Shown piece by piece: positions 27,830 to 39,653 of a DNA stretch of 64,000 bases (within the stretch, counting starts at the first letter, position 1; each line of letters opens with the position of its first letter). Position numbers and translations under genes: made by a program. A model generated the notes under the pieces. The model was not told the DNA's origin, did not search any database, and worked only from the letters and a program-made list of their open reading frames with translations. Source of the stretch: an uncultured Chloroflexia bacterium (lineage in GTDB: Bacteria > Chloroflexota > Limnocylindria > Limnocylindrales > CSP1-4); NCBI GenBank assembly GCA_963796715.1, contig CAWCMN010000005.1, forward strand, positions 10,199-74,198. Direction: 5' to 3'.

Positions 27830-30800
27830 ATGGCGTTCGTCGGGCGGGAGCGTGAGTTGGCGCGCCTGGCAGCGAGCCTGGAGCGCGCGGCCCGGGGGGA
27901 GCGCGTGAGCGTGTCCCTCACGGGGACGTCGGGCGTCGGCAGCACCCGGTTGCTCGCCGAGCTCGCCAAGCGGCTGCGTGGCCTGCCGCAGGTCACCGTC
28001 GTGCGCGGCAGCGCCTACGCCCCGCTCCAGGGCACCCCGTACGCCGCCGTGCGCGAAGCCCTGACGGGCGCGCTGTGGGGGCTCGACCCGGCCCGCCTGG
28101 CAGCGGTGACCGGTCCCCATCGGCACGAGCTGCGCCGGCTGCTGCCGCTGCTGGGTGAGCGCCTTGGCGGCCCCACCGACCCCGACGACGAGCCGTTCCA
28201 GGTGTCCCCCGACCAGCGCGCCGGACGGACGGCCGAAGCGGTCCTCGGCCTGCTCGAGCGGCTGGCCGGCGAGGGCGTGGTCCTCCTCGTCCTGGAGGAT
28301 CTCCACTGGGCCGACGCGGGGACGCGGCGGCTGGTGGAGACGATGCTGCGCGTCGGCCGTCCCCTGCCGCTCTGCCTCGTCGTCTCGTACCGCCCCGACG
28401 AGCTGCACGTGCGGCACCCGATGCGCGCCCTGGCGACCATGCTGGAGACCGAGCCGGACGTCGAGCGCGTGGCGCTGCCACCGCTCGAGCGCCACCAGCT
28501 CATGGCGCTCCTGGAGCAGCTGCTTGGCGAGCGGCCCAGCGGCGGCTTCGTGGCCGCGGTGGCCAGTGCATCGGGCGGCAACCCGCTCGTGGCAGAGCAT
28601 CTGGTGGCCGCGCGGCAGGCGCGCATCCGGCTGTCCGATCCGTTCGACCAGATCGTCGGCGCGCGCGTCGCCGCCCTGCCGGTGGGCGCGATCCGCTGCC
28701 TGCGCGTGCTCGCCGCTGCCCGGCGTCCGCTGCCCGTGGCCCTCGTCCGCCAGGCCGATCTGCCCGGCGGCCGCCTGCCGGCCAGCGCCATCGCCGAGGC
28801 GATCGCCAGCGGGCTGGCCCACGAAACGGTCGACCGCGAGGGCGCCACGCTCGTGGGCATCCACCACGAACGCTACGCCGAGGCCATGGAGGCCCTGGCC
28901 CTGCCGGGCGAGCGTCAGCCGGCCCACGATGCCCTGGCGCGCGCGCTGGCCGGCGAACCGGCGGAGCAGGCCTGGCACTGGGAGGCGGCCATGCGCTTCG
29001 GGCTGGCCCGCGACGCGCACGTGCTGGCCGGTGAGGCGGCGGTCGAGGTGGAGCCTGCGGGGACCGCGTTCTTCCATGACCAGCGGGCCCTGGAGCTGCT
29101 CGACGTCCACGACGCCCACCCGGGCGCCCTGGCCCTCGCGGGCTCGGCCGAGGACGAACTGGTGCTGCGCACCGCGGACGCGGCCTTCGCCGACGACAAC
29201 CCGCGGCGTGCGGTCGACCTCGTGCAGCAGCTCATCGACCAGCGCTCCAGCGTGACGCAGCTGAGCGAGGCCGCCCGGCGGGGGGAGGCGGCCCGCCGCG
29301 ACCTGCAGCGCCAGCTGGGCATGCTCCACCTGCGCGTGGGCCAGTACCAGGCCGCCAGTGGCGACCTGGGCAGCGCGATCGCCGCGTGCGAGTCAGCCGT
29401 CCAGCTGGTGCCGCGCGAGCCCGCCAGCGCCGAGCGCGCCCGCGTCCTGGGGGCGCTGGCCCAGCAGCAGATGCTGGACGGCCGTTTCGAGCGCAGTGCC
29501 GTGCTCGCCGAGGAGGCCTGCGTCGCCGCGCGGGCGGTCGAGGACGGAGCTGCGGCCGCGGAACTCGGCCATGCGACGTGCACCCTGGCGGTCAACCGCG
29601 CCTACGCCGGCCATATCGACGACGCGCTGCGCCTGCTCGACGAAGCCACCGCGATCGCGCTCCGTGCGCGCCGCCTGGACGACCTCATGCGGGCGTGGGC
29701 CAACCGCACGCACATCCTGGAGCTTGACGCTCGGCTGGAGCCCGCCCTTGCGGCGGCCCGCGATGGTATCGCGGCCGCCGGCCGGTTCGGCGCCGAGCTG
29801 GCCTACGGCTCGTTCCTGCGGGGCAACGCCGCCGACATCATGCTCAAGCTCGGCCGCTGGGCAGACGCGGAGGCCGAGGCGCGGGCGGCGCTGGAGCTGT
29901 CGCCGAGCCGCCTGACATGGAGCCCGCTCCTGGCGCTCGGCTCGGTGCTCGTGGAGTCACGGGCCGACGAGGAGGCCAGCCGGGCCGTCGGCCAGATCCT
30001 CCTCCAGCTCGAGTCGGCGCCCGAGGGCCAGTGGACGGCCATGGTGCAGCGGATCGCGGTCAGCTTCGCGCTCTGGCGCGACGACCTGGCCGACGCCGAG
30101 CGCGTCGCTCGCAGCGGCTGGCACCGCGTCGCCGACTCGACCGACTGGCGCCAGGTGGCCCTCGCGGCATCCACGACGCTGGAGGCCTGTGCCGCGGTCG
30201 CCGATGCGGGTCGTGCCCGGCGCGACATCTCGCTGGTGGCCACCGCGGGCGAGTTCGGCACGTCCGTCCTGGCCCAGACCGAGCAACGGGTCGACGTGAT
30301 CACGATGCCGCCGACCGTCGGTGCCCGTCGTGAGGCGGACCTGCACGTGGCCACGGCCCGAGCGCACCTCGCCCGCCTGCGTGGCCGGCCGGACGGCGCG
30401 GCCTGGGACCGCATCGCCACCGGCTGGTCTGATCTCCACGTGCCCTACCTCACGGCCAAGGCCCGTTGGTGGCAGGCCGCCGCGCTGCTCCACGACGGCG
30501 GCCGGCGGGTCGCCGCGCGACAGGCCCTCACCGATGCATGGCAGATCGCCGCCGCCCTGCCGGCACGGCCCCTGCTGCGGGAGCTGGCGCGCCTCGCGCA
30601 GCGCGGTCGCCTCGCCCTGCCCGAGTTGCCGGACGGCCTGGTGCCGGTGGCGGTCGGCGACGCGCCGCGGCCGCCCGTCGCCGTCGGCCCGGGCTTCACC
30701 GTGGGAGCGCCCGTCATGACGCTCGGCGCCACCACGCCGGTGGGAGCGGACCTGGGAGATCTGGCCGCACGGGTCGTGCCCCCGTCGCCCGCCGCGGCCG

Positions 30801-31027
30801 ACCCCTTCAACCTGAGCCCGCGCGAGTACGAGGTCCTGGCCATCGTCGCCGAAGGGCGCACCAACCGCGAGATCGCCGAACGGCTCTTCATCAGCGAGCG
30901 CACCGTCGGCGTCCACGTCCGGAACATCCTGGGCAAGCTTGGCGTGGCGGGGCGGGTCGAGGCGGCGAGCGTGGCCATCCGCCTTGGCCTGGTGCCCGGC
31001 GTGGCCCGCGGCGTGCACGGCGGCTGA
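27830..31027 (+). CDS. LuxR-family STAND (AAA ATPase + TPR + LuxR HTH) transcriptional regulator
   Basis: FVGRERELARL, GTSGVGSTRL (degenerate Walker A), LVLEDLHWAD, GGNPL; C-terminal LSPREYEVL...TNREIAERLFISERTVGVHVRNILGKLGV. Confidence 0.93.
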   Translation: MAFVGRERELARLAASLERAARGERVSVSLTGTSGVGSTRLLAELAKRLRGLPQVTVVRGSAYAPLQGTPYAAVREALTGALWGLDPARLAAVTGPHRHELRRLLPLLGERLGGPTDPDDEPFQVSPDQRAGRTAEAVLGLLERLAGEGVVLLVLEDLHWADAGTRRLVETMLRVGRPLPLCLVVSYRPDELHVRHPMRALATMLETEPDVERVALPPLERHQLMALLEQLLGERPSGGFVAAVASASGGNPLVAEHLVAARQARIRLSDPFDQIVGARVAALPVGAIRCLRVLAAARRPLPVALVRQADLPGGRLPASAIAEAIASGLAHETVDREGATLVGIHHERYAEAMEALALPGERQPAHDALARALAGEPAEQAWHWEAAMRFGLARDAHVLAGEAAVEVEPAGTAFFHDQRALELLDVHDAHPGALALAGSAEDELVLRTADAAFADDNPRRAVDLVQQLIDQRSSVTQLSEAARRGEAARRDLQRQLGMLHLRVGQYQAASGDLGSAIAACESAVQLVPREPASAERARVLGALAQQQMLDGRFERSAVLAEEACVAARAVEDGAAAAELGHATCTLAVNRAYAGHIDDALRLLDEATAIALRARRLDDLMRAWANRTHILELDARLEPALAAARDGIAAAGRFGAELAYGSFLRGNAADIMLKLGRWADAEAEARAALELSPSRLTWSPLLALGSVLVESRADEEASRAVGQILLQLESAPEGQWTAMVQRIAVSFALWRDDLADAERVARSGWHRVADSTDWRQVALAASTTLEACAAVADAGRARRDISLVATAGEFGTSVLAQTEQRVDVITMPPTVGARREADLHVATARAHLARLRGRPDGAAWDRIATGWSDLHVPYLTAKARWWQAAALLHDGGRRVAARQALTDAWQIAAALPARPLLRELARLAQRGRLALPELPDGLVPVAVGDAPRPPVAVGPGFTVGAPVMTLGATTPVGADLGDLAARVVPPSPAAADPFNLSPREYEVLAIVAEGRTNREIAERLFISERTVGVHVRNILGKLGVAGRVEAASVAIRLGLVPGVARGVHGG

Positions 31028-31062
31028 GCCTCCGGATCGCCGTCTTGGGCGACAATAGGGGC

Positions 31063-31647
31063 ATGCATATGACTCACGCGCGCCTGGCGCGCCTCCTCAC
31101 CATGTCCGCCCTCGTCCTGCTCGCTGCCGCCGCCTGCACCTCCGCGTCGGGCGCGGCCGGCTGGACCTATGCCCCGCCGATCGCCACGGCCGCCCCGGGC
31201 GCGAGCGGATCGGCCGGCGCCTCCGGCTCGCCCACCAGTAGCGGGTCGCCCGCTGCGACCGCCACGGGTGGCGCGACGATGAACCCGAGCATGTCGATGG
31301 GCGTCGAGCCCTCCGCCTCCGGCGGTGGCAACGTCATCCAGCTGACCGAGACCGCCGACCTGCGGATCACCGACCCGAGCGGCAACACCGTCAGCTCGAT
31401 CACCGTCCAGAAGGGCCAGACCTACACGTTCCAGATCACCAACACGGCCGGCTTCGCGCACGACTTCTACATCGGCTCGCCCGACGACCTGAAGGCGGCC
31501 AACACGGCCAACCTCAAGGGCCTGGACCAGTTCGTGTCGGGCACCCAGTCGTTCAGCTACACGTTCGACTCGGCCGGACCGCTCGGCTTCGGTTGCACGC
31601 TGCCGGGCCACTACCAGTCGATGAACGGCCTGTTCGTCATCCAGTAG
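31063..31647 (+). CDS. Blue-copper (cupredoxin, azurin/auracyanin-like) lipoprotein
   Basis: Lipobox LAAAAC; type-1 Cu ligands H (AHDF) and C-x4-H-x3-M (CTLPGHYQSM). Confidence 0.82.
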   Translation: MHMTHARLARLLTMSALVLLAAAACTSASGAAGWTYAPPIATAAPGASGSAGASGSPTSSGSPAATATGGATMNPSMSMGVEPSASGGGNVIQLTETADLRITDPSGNTVSSITVQKGQTYTFQITNTAGFAHDFYIGSPDDLKAANTANLKGLDQFVSGTQSFSYTFDSAGPLGFGCTLPGHYQSMNGLFVIQ

Positions 31648-31659
31648 CGCCGTAGCGCC

Positions 31660-32706
31660 ATGAAGGTCGACCTCGCCCCCGGCGCCGTCGCGCCGGGGGA
31701 CGTCGCCAGTCTGGCGGCCGCCGCCGAGGCGCTCGGATTCGACGGTCTGTGGTTGCCCGAGACGCAGCACGACCCGTTCCTCGGGCTCGCCCTGGCGGCA
31801 GCCGCGACCGGCCGCCTGCACCTTGGCACGTCCGTGGCCATCGCCTTCGCCCGCAGTCCGATCGTGCTGGCCCAGACGGCGTGGGATCTGGCCGCGCTCT
31901 CGGGCGGGCGGTTCGAGCTGGGCCTGGGGACGCAGGTGCGGGCTCACGTGCAGCGCCGGTTCGGGATGGCCTGGAGCGAGCCCGCGCCACGACTGGCCGA
32001 GTGGCTTGGCGCGATCCGAGCGGCCTGGGCGACCTGGCAGGACCAGACGCCGTTCACGTGGACGTCCCAGCACCTGGAACTCTCCCTGATGACGCCCTTC
32101 TTCAGCCCGCCGCCGCTCACGTATCCGGTGCCCGACGACGGGCCGCGCATCGCCATCTCGATCGCTGGGGTCGGCGCGGGCCTGGCGCGCATGGCGGGCC
32201 GCGTTGGCGACGGCTTCCACGTCCACCCGTTCCATACCGCGCGCTACCTCGGGAGGGTGCTCGAGCCGGCCCTCGCGGCCGGCGCCGAGCAGCGCCCTGC
32301 CGAACTGCCGCGCCGCCGGGCGGAGCGCATCGTGCCGGTCTTCCTGGCCCCGACCGACGAGCCGGCCGTGCTGGAGGCGGTGCGCCGGCAGGTCGCGTTC
32401 TACGCCTCGACGCCCAGCTACCGTGCCGTGCTGGCGGCGCACGACCGGGCTCACGTCGGGGAGCAGCTTGGTCGCCTCGCCGCGACCGGCAGGTGGGCGG
32501 AGATGGCGGCCCTCGTCGACGACGAGCTCCTCGCCGAGGTCGCCGTCGTGGGGCCGTCGGACGGTCTCGCGGACGCGCTTGCGGCGCGGGTGGCCGGCCA
32601 CGCCGAGCGCGTCGCGCCGCTGCTGCCGGTGCGCGTCGAGCCCGACGGCAGCGTGGCGGACGGCCGGCGATGGGAGCGCCTGGTGGCCACGCTGCGCGAC
32701 GCCTGA
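31660..32706 (+). CDS. LLM-class flavin (probably F420)-dependent oxidoreductase
   Basis: ETQHDPFL, GTSVAIAFARSP, GRFELGLGTQVRAHVQRRFG, FYASTPSY. Confidence 0.9.
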   Translation: MKVDLAPGAVAPGDVASLAAAAEALGFDGLWLPETQHDPFLGLALAAAATGRLHLGTSVAIAFARSPIVLAQTAWDLAALSGGRFELGLGTQVRAHVQRRFGMAWSEPAPRLAEWLGAIRAAWATWQDQTPFTWTSQHLELSLMTPFFSPPPLTYPVPDDGPRIAISIAGVGAGLARMAGRVGDGFHVHPFHTARYLGRVLEPALAAGAEQRPAELPRRRAERIVPVFLAPTDEPAVLEAVRRQVAFYASTPSYRAVLAAHDRAHVGEQLGRLAATGRWAEMAALVDDELLAEVAVVGPSDGLADALAARVAGHAERVAPLLPVRVEPDGSVADGRRWERLVATLRDA

Positions 32707-32810
32707 CCATGCGCTGAGGCTCCAAAGGTCCTATCGACACCCCGTGGGGCCCGTCGGTAGGGTGCGGTTCCTGCCGGCCACAGCGGCCGGGTACGCCTCG
32801 CTCGTGAGCC

Positions 32811-34037
32811 ATGGGAGCCGATAGCACCAGCCCCCGTCACGCCCCCGCCCGCCGCGTCTCCTGCTGCTGGTCTTCGCCGCCAGCCTGGCCCTGATCGGCG
32901 CGACCGCAGTGGCGGTGGCCGGCATGCTCTATCTCATCTTCCGTGCCGCCGCGCGGCGGCCGGACCGCCAGACGGACCTGCTCATGCAGGCCTCGCAACA
33001 GGACGCCCTGACCGGCCTGCTCGACCACGGCGCGGTCGTCGAGGTGCTCGGCACGCAGATCGACCGCGCCAGGCACGCGGGCACCGGGCGGGTCGGCCTG
33101 GCCCTGGTCGACGTGGACAACTTCCGGCTGCTCAACGACACGCACGGCCACGCGGCCGGCGACACGGTCCTGCTCGAGGTCGGTCGGCTGTTGCGCGGCC
33201 AGCTGTCCCAGGCGTCGGTCATCGGCCGCTTCGGGCCGGACGAGTTCCTGGTCGTGGCTCCGCCGGAGTGCGCCCATGACCTGGAGCCGGCCCTTGGCCG
33301 GATGCGTGAGGAGTTCGAGGAAGTGGCCGTGCAGTTCGGCGGCACCGAGCGCCTGCCGATCTCGGTCAGCGCCGGCGTGGCCTACTACCCGGAGCACGGC
33401 GACGCCATCACCGAGCTGCTCTCCGAGGCGACGGTCGCCCTTCGTGGCGGCCAAGGCGTCGGGCGGCAACGCCCTGCGCCTGGCGGAGCGGACCGCCGAC
33501 GACCGCCTGGGTCTGGACCCCGACCTGCGCCGGACCCTGGAGGTGGCCGGCCTGCTCCACGACATCGGCAAGATCGGCATCTCCGACACGATCCTGCGCA
33601 AGCCCAGGCCGCTCACGGCAGAGGAGTACGACATCGTCAAGCAGCACGTCGCGCTCGGCGACATGATCGTGCGCGACCTGCCCAACCTGGACCTGGTGCG
33701 GGGCGGTGTGCGCCACCACCATGAGCGCTGGGACGGCCACGGCTACCTCGACCGCCTGATCGGGGAGGAGATCCCCCTCATCGCTCGCATCCTGGCGGTC
33801 GGCGACGCCTTCAGTGCCATGACCACCACACGCCCGTACCGCAAGGCCCTGTCCGTGGAGGAGGCGCTGCGCCGCCTGGGCGACGCCGCGGGCAGCCAGC
33901 TCGACCCGCGACTCGTGACGGCGTTCGTACAGGGCATGGAGCACGCGGCCGATCCGCCGCTGCCGGGCCAGGTCACGACCGGCGTGTCCGGCCTGGCGCT
34001 GCCGCCGATCCTGCGCCCCTCGCGCCGGGTGGCCTGA
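32811..34037 (+). pseudogene. Decayed GGDEF + HD-GYP signalling protein
   Basis: GGDEF domain with RFGPDEF; frameshifts near 32830 and ~33440. The HD-GYP part lacks its first helices (no KDxYT...HS); the two TM helices have no sensor domain between them. Confidence 0.8.
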
Positions 34038-34070
34038 GCCGGTCGGTCGGTCCTGCCGGACGGGTGCCTG

Positions 34071-34757
34071 TCAGGCGACCGCGCCGCGCCGGCGCAGGTC
34101 GGCCGTGATGGCGGTCAGGTCCGGCACCACCACGACGGCGCCCGCCGCGCGGAGCGTCCGGGCGCTGGCGGCGCCGCTCGTCACACCGACCGCCTGCATC
34201 CCCGCCGCGGCCGCGGCCAGCATGTCCCACCGCGCATCGCCCACGTACCAGCACGCGGCCGGCGCGACCCGCAGGCGCCGCGACGCCAGCACCAGCAGGT
34301 CCGGGGCCGGCTTGGCGTGGGCGACGTGGCTCCCGTCGACGATGACCGGACGACGCATGAGGTGCAGGGCATCCACCGAGGTGCGCACCTGGGCTCGGCG
34401 GCTCGAGGTGGCGATGGCCCACCGGATGGGGCTGCCGGTGAGGCCCAGCAGGAGCTCGCGCGCCCCGGGCAGGGGCCGCGGGTCCACGTTCGCGGCTTCG
34501 TGCAGCTCGCCTGCCCGATGGTCCAGGCGCTCCAGCTCGTCGTCCGAGAGGTGGCGCCCCGCCCGCGACCCGACCTCGCGCGCCAGCGCCCGTCCGTCCG
34601 AGCCGATGAGCGCCGCGACCCCTGCGCGGTCGGCAGGGATGTCCGCCTCCCGGAAGGCGCCGAGCCACGCCGCGATGCGGATCGCGACGGTGTCGACGAG
34701 GGTGCCGTCGAGGTCGAAGAGCAGGGCTCGCGGGTCGGGCAGGTCGGCGAGGGCCAT
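34071..34757 (-). CDS. HAD-superfamily hydrolase
   Basis: LFDLDGTLVDT, ATSS, KPAPD, VGDARWD. Confidence 0.93.
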   Translation of the reverse strand: MALADLPDPRALLFDLDGTLVDTVAIRIAAWLGAFREADIPADRAGVAALIGSDGRALAREVGSRAGRHLSDDELERLDHRAGELHEAANVDPRPLPGARELLLGLTGSPIRWAIATSSRRAQVRTSVDALHLMRRPVIVDGSHVAHAKPAPDLLVLASRRLRVAPAACWYVGDARWDMLAAAAAGMQAVGVTSGAASARTLRAAGAVVVVPDLTAITADLRRRGAVA

Positions 34758-34815
34758 GGGATGCAGCCTAGCGGAGGCTTTACCCCCGCGTCATGACTCG
34801 CTAGGCTTGCCGGCC

Positions 34816-35211
34816 ATGGATCGCGCCCGCGCCTACGAGGCGCTCGGTTACGTGGTCGGGACGCTCCTCGCGTTCGCCGTGGGGCTGCTTGGGCCTGCCG
34901 TCTCGGTCAACCTCTCGTCGAGCATGCCGGCCGACATCGTGACCAAGGGCATCTACGGCCTCGCCGCCATGTTCATCGTGGGCACGCTGGCCGGCATCTT
35001 CGGGCGGGGTCTGCCGGGCCTGGCCGGACTCTTCGTGGGCATCTACGTCGCCGACCAGCTCGGGGAGGCCGTGACCATCCCCCATCCGGACTGGCTTCCC
35101 GCCGTGGCCATGTCGCTCGTGGCGGCCACCATCGGCTACGTCATCGCACGGGCCATCGACCCGCTGTGGGGCAGCGGCGAGGGTCTGCGGCGGAGCGGCC
35201 GGCCGGCCTGA
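34816..35211 (+). CDS. Small membrane protein (4 TM)
   Basis: Hydrophobic ORF starting 8 nt after TAGGCT. Confidence 0.7.
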   Translation: MDRARAYEALGYVVGTLLAFAVGLLGPAVSVNLSSSMPADIVTKGIYGLAAMFIVGTLAGIFGRGLPGLAGLFVGIYVADQLGEAVTIPHPDWLPAVAMSLVAATIGYVIARAIDPLWGSGEGLRRSGRPA

Positions 35212-35241
35212 GCGCCCGCGGGCCCGTCGCGGCCCACCACA

Positions 35242-37366
<2,125 letters not shown>

Positions 37367-37402
37367 CAGCTCGATGGTACGGCGACGTGGCACGATGCCC
37401 CG

Positions 37403-37804
37403 GTGGAGCGCACGTACGACAAGCCGCGCCTGGAGAAGCTGGGCATGCGCGCCGGCGCCCGCGTCGCGCTCATCGACGTGGACGACCCGGACCTGGCCGC
37501 CGAGCTGGCCGCCTTCACCGACGACCTGACCGAGGGGACGGCGCGGCCCGGATCCGACCTGATCTTCCTTGGCGCGGACGAGCCCGCCGACCTTGGTCGA
37601 CTCGCCCAGCTCCGGGCGTGCCTCCAGCCGCGCGGCGGGATCTGGGTCGTCTTCCGCAAGGGTCGCGCCGCGACACTGCGTGACGTCGAGGTGATGGCAG
37701 CCGCGCGGGCGGCCGGCCTGATCGACAACAAGGTGGTCGGCTTCTCCGCGACCCACACCACGATCCGCCTGGTCATCCCCGTCGCTGACCGGCCTCGCCC
37801 TTAG
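37403..37804 (+). CDS. DUF3052-like protein
   Basis: KLG...GIWVVFRKG...[17 protein letters not shown]. Confidence 0.75.
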   Translation: MERTYDKPRLEKLGMRAGARVALIDVDDPDLAAELAAFTDDLTEGTARPGSDLIFLGADEPADLGRLAQLRACLQPRGGIWVVFRKGRAATLRDVEVMAAARAAGLIDNKVVGFSATHTTIRLVIPVADRPRP

Positions 37805-37852
37805 GTCTTCACTCTGTTGCTGCACGCGACTTCGATATAGTGAAGGTCGCAC

Positions 37853-37881
37853 TTGACAAAGTGTAGCCGCGACTCTATAAA
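37853..37881 (+). promoter_or_regulatory. Near-consensus sigma-70 promoter TTGACA-N17-TATAAA, probably leaderless
   Basis: -35 at 37853-37858, -10 at 37876-37881, ATG at 37887. Confidence 0.8.
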
Positions 37882-37886
37882 GAGCC

Positions 37887-38339
37887 ATGGCACACGACGT
37901 CATCGCGATCTGTCCGGTCTGTGAACAGGAACTCTCGGTCACCCGGCTGCATTGCCGCTCCTGCGGCACCACGCTCGACGGGGACTTCCGGGTCGGCCGT
38001 TTCGGCCGCCTGACGCGCGAGCAACTGGAGCTCCTCGAGGGGTTCCTTCGCTCGCGCGGCAACCTCCGTGAGATGGAGCGTGAGACCGGCCTCTCCTACC
38101 CCACGCTGCGGGGGCGCGTCGACGCGCTCATCCGCGCCCTGGGCCTTGGCGAGCCGCCGGTGGAAGCCGTGCCCGAGGATGTCGAGCCGACCGAGGAGCA
38201 GGCCGGGCGACCGGCTGCCCCGTCTCCTTCGACCGACGACGCGCGACGCGCCGTCCTGGAGCGACTTGCACGACATGAAGTGAGCGCAGCCGAAGCCTCG
38301 CGGCTGCTGCGTGACCTGGGACGAGGCAAGGAAGGATGA
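37887..38339 (+). CDS. DUF2089 family zinc-ribbon/HTH regulator
   Basis: [17 protein letters not shown]...[27 protein letters not shown]. Confidence 0.9.
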   Translation: MAHDVIAICPVCEQELSVTRLHCRSCGTTLDGDFRVGRFGRLTREQLELLEGFLRSRGNLREMERETGLSYPTLRGRVDALIRALGLGEPPVEAVPEDVEPTEEQAGRPAAPSPSTDDARRAVLERLARHEVSAAEASRLLRDLGRGKEG

Positions 38340-39283
38340 GCACCATGACCGCCCCCACCGCCGCCGGGCCGATCTCGAGCGTCGAGCACGAGATCGGACC
38401 ACACGGCACGCTGACCCTGTCGATCCCCTTCGGCACCATCGAGATCCACGCCGTCGACGGCACGATCGCGCGCGTCCGGGACGTGGCGCAGCACGAGCCG
38501 CTGCTCACGGCCGACCAGGCCACCGGCTCGCTGCGCGTCGAGATGGTCCATTGGCGCGGGATCCGCTGGGGCCGTCCCCCGGCTCCCGACATGCAGGTGG
38601 AGGTGCCCGCCGGGGCGCGCGTCGAGATCGACACGACCGCCGCGGAGATCACCGCCCACGGCCTGCTCGGCGAGCAGCGCGTCCGCACCGTCTCGGGTGG
38701 CGTCCGCCTGGAGCACGGCGGCGGGTCGATCGATGTCACCGGCGTCGCCGGCGACGTGTGGGTGGAGGCCGACGAGCAGCTCGCGGCCCACGTCCGGACC
38801 GTGTCGGGCGAGGTGCACATGCGCGCGCCTGCGTGGCGCCTCCTCGAGGTGCGCACGATGAGCGGCGCCATCCAGGTGGAAGGGCGGATCCTGCCCGGGT
38901 CCCATCGCATCGAGACCGTCAGTGGCGACGCGGCCCTCGTCGGCACGACCGACATGGCCGCCGAAGCCTCGACGCTCAGCGGCGACATCACGACCGACCT
39001 GCCCCACACGACGAGTGGCGGACTCGGCCGCCGCAGCATGCGCCTGGGATCCGGCGACGCGAAGGTGATCTTCAAGTCGATGTCCGGCGACCTGGCCATC
39101 CTGCGCGGCCCGGCCGCCTCCGGCCCGGCCGGCTCCGGCCCCGCCGAGCCCGTCGCGGCGCGCGACGCGTCAGCGGCCACGGCGGCAGAGGCGACCCGCC
39201 TCGGCATCCTCGAGGCCCTGGAGAACGGCTCCATCGACGTGGCCGAGGCGGCGCGCCGCCTCGCGGATCTCGACCATGCCTGA
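38336..39283 (+). CDS. DUF4097 beta-repeat protein (LiaG/LiaX-like)
   Basis: Repeated TVSGGV/TVSGEV/TMSGAI/TVSGDA/TLSGDI units; C-terminal SHOCT-like RLGILEALENGSIDVAEA. Confidence 0.85.
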   Translation: MSTMTAPTAAGPISSVEHEIGPHGTLTLSIPFGTIEIHAVDGTIARVRDVAQHEPLLTADQATGSLRVEMVHWRGIRWGRPPAPDMQVEVPAGARVEIDTTAAEITAHGLLGEQRVRTVSGGVRLEHGGGSIDVTGVAGDVWVEADEQLAAHVRTVSGEVHMRAPAWRLLEVRTMSGAIQVEGRILPGSHRIETVSGDAALVGTTDMAAEASTLSGDITTDLPHTTSGGLGRRSMRLGSGDAKVIFKSMSGDLAILRGPAASGPAGSGPAEPVAARDASAATAAEATRLGILEALENGSIDVAEAARRLADLDHA

Positions 39284-39653
39284 CGGACTCGACGCGATCC
39301 TGCGCCTCGTGGCCCAGGGTCACATCTCCGCGGACGAGGCGGCACCCGTGGTGGAGGCACTGCTCGCGACCGAGGACGGCCCCACGGCGACGTCCCAGGC
39401 CGGTGCTTCGTCGACCGGGTCCTCTGCGGCCGACATGCCGGCCCACGTGCGCGTCCTGGTCACGGAGCGCGGCCGACCGGTCGTCAACCTGCGCGTGCCG
39501 CTCGCCCTGGGGAAGGCGGCCGTGGCGCTCGTGCCCGGCCTCTCGCTCGGCGACGCCGCCCGACTCGACGCGGCCCTGACGGCCGGTCGGATCGGGCCGC
39601 TGCTGGACGTCACCGACGACGATGGTGACGGGGTCCGCGTGGTGCTCGAATGA
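39276..39653 (+). CDS. SHOCT-like domain protein
   Basis: ILRLVAQGHISADEA; VNLRVPL; overlaps both neighbours as in an operon. Confidence 0.78.
   Translation: MPDGLDAILRLVAQGHISADEAAPVVEALLATEDGPTATSQAGASSTGSSAADMPAHVRVLVTERGRPVVNLRVPLALGKAAVALVPGLSLGDAARLDAALTAGRIGPLLDVTDDDGDGVRVVLE

Noticed and set aside
26870-29329. 819-aa ORF as a single large methyltransferase
   Set aside because: The part above 27790 is the antisense shadow of the LuxR-STAND gene; MTase motifs lie only in the last ~300 aa.
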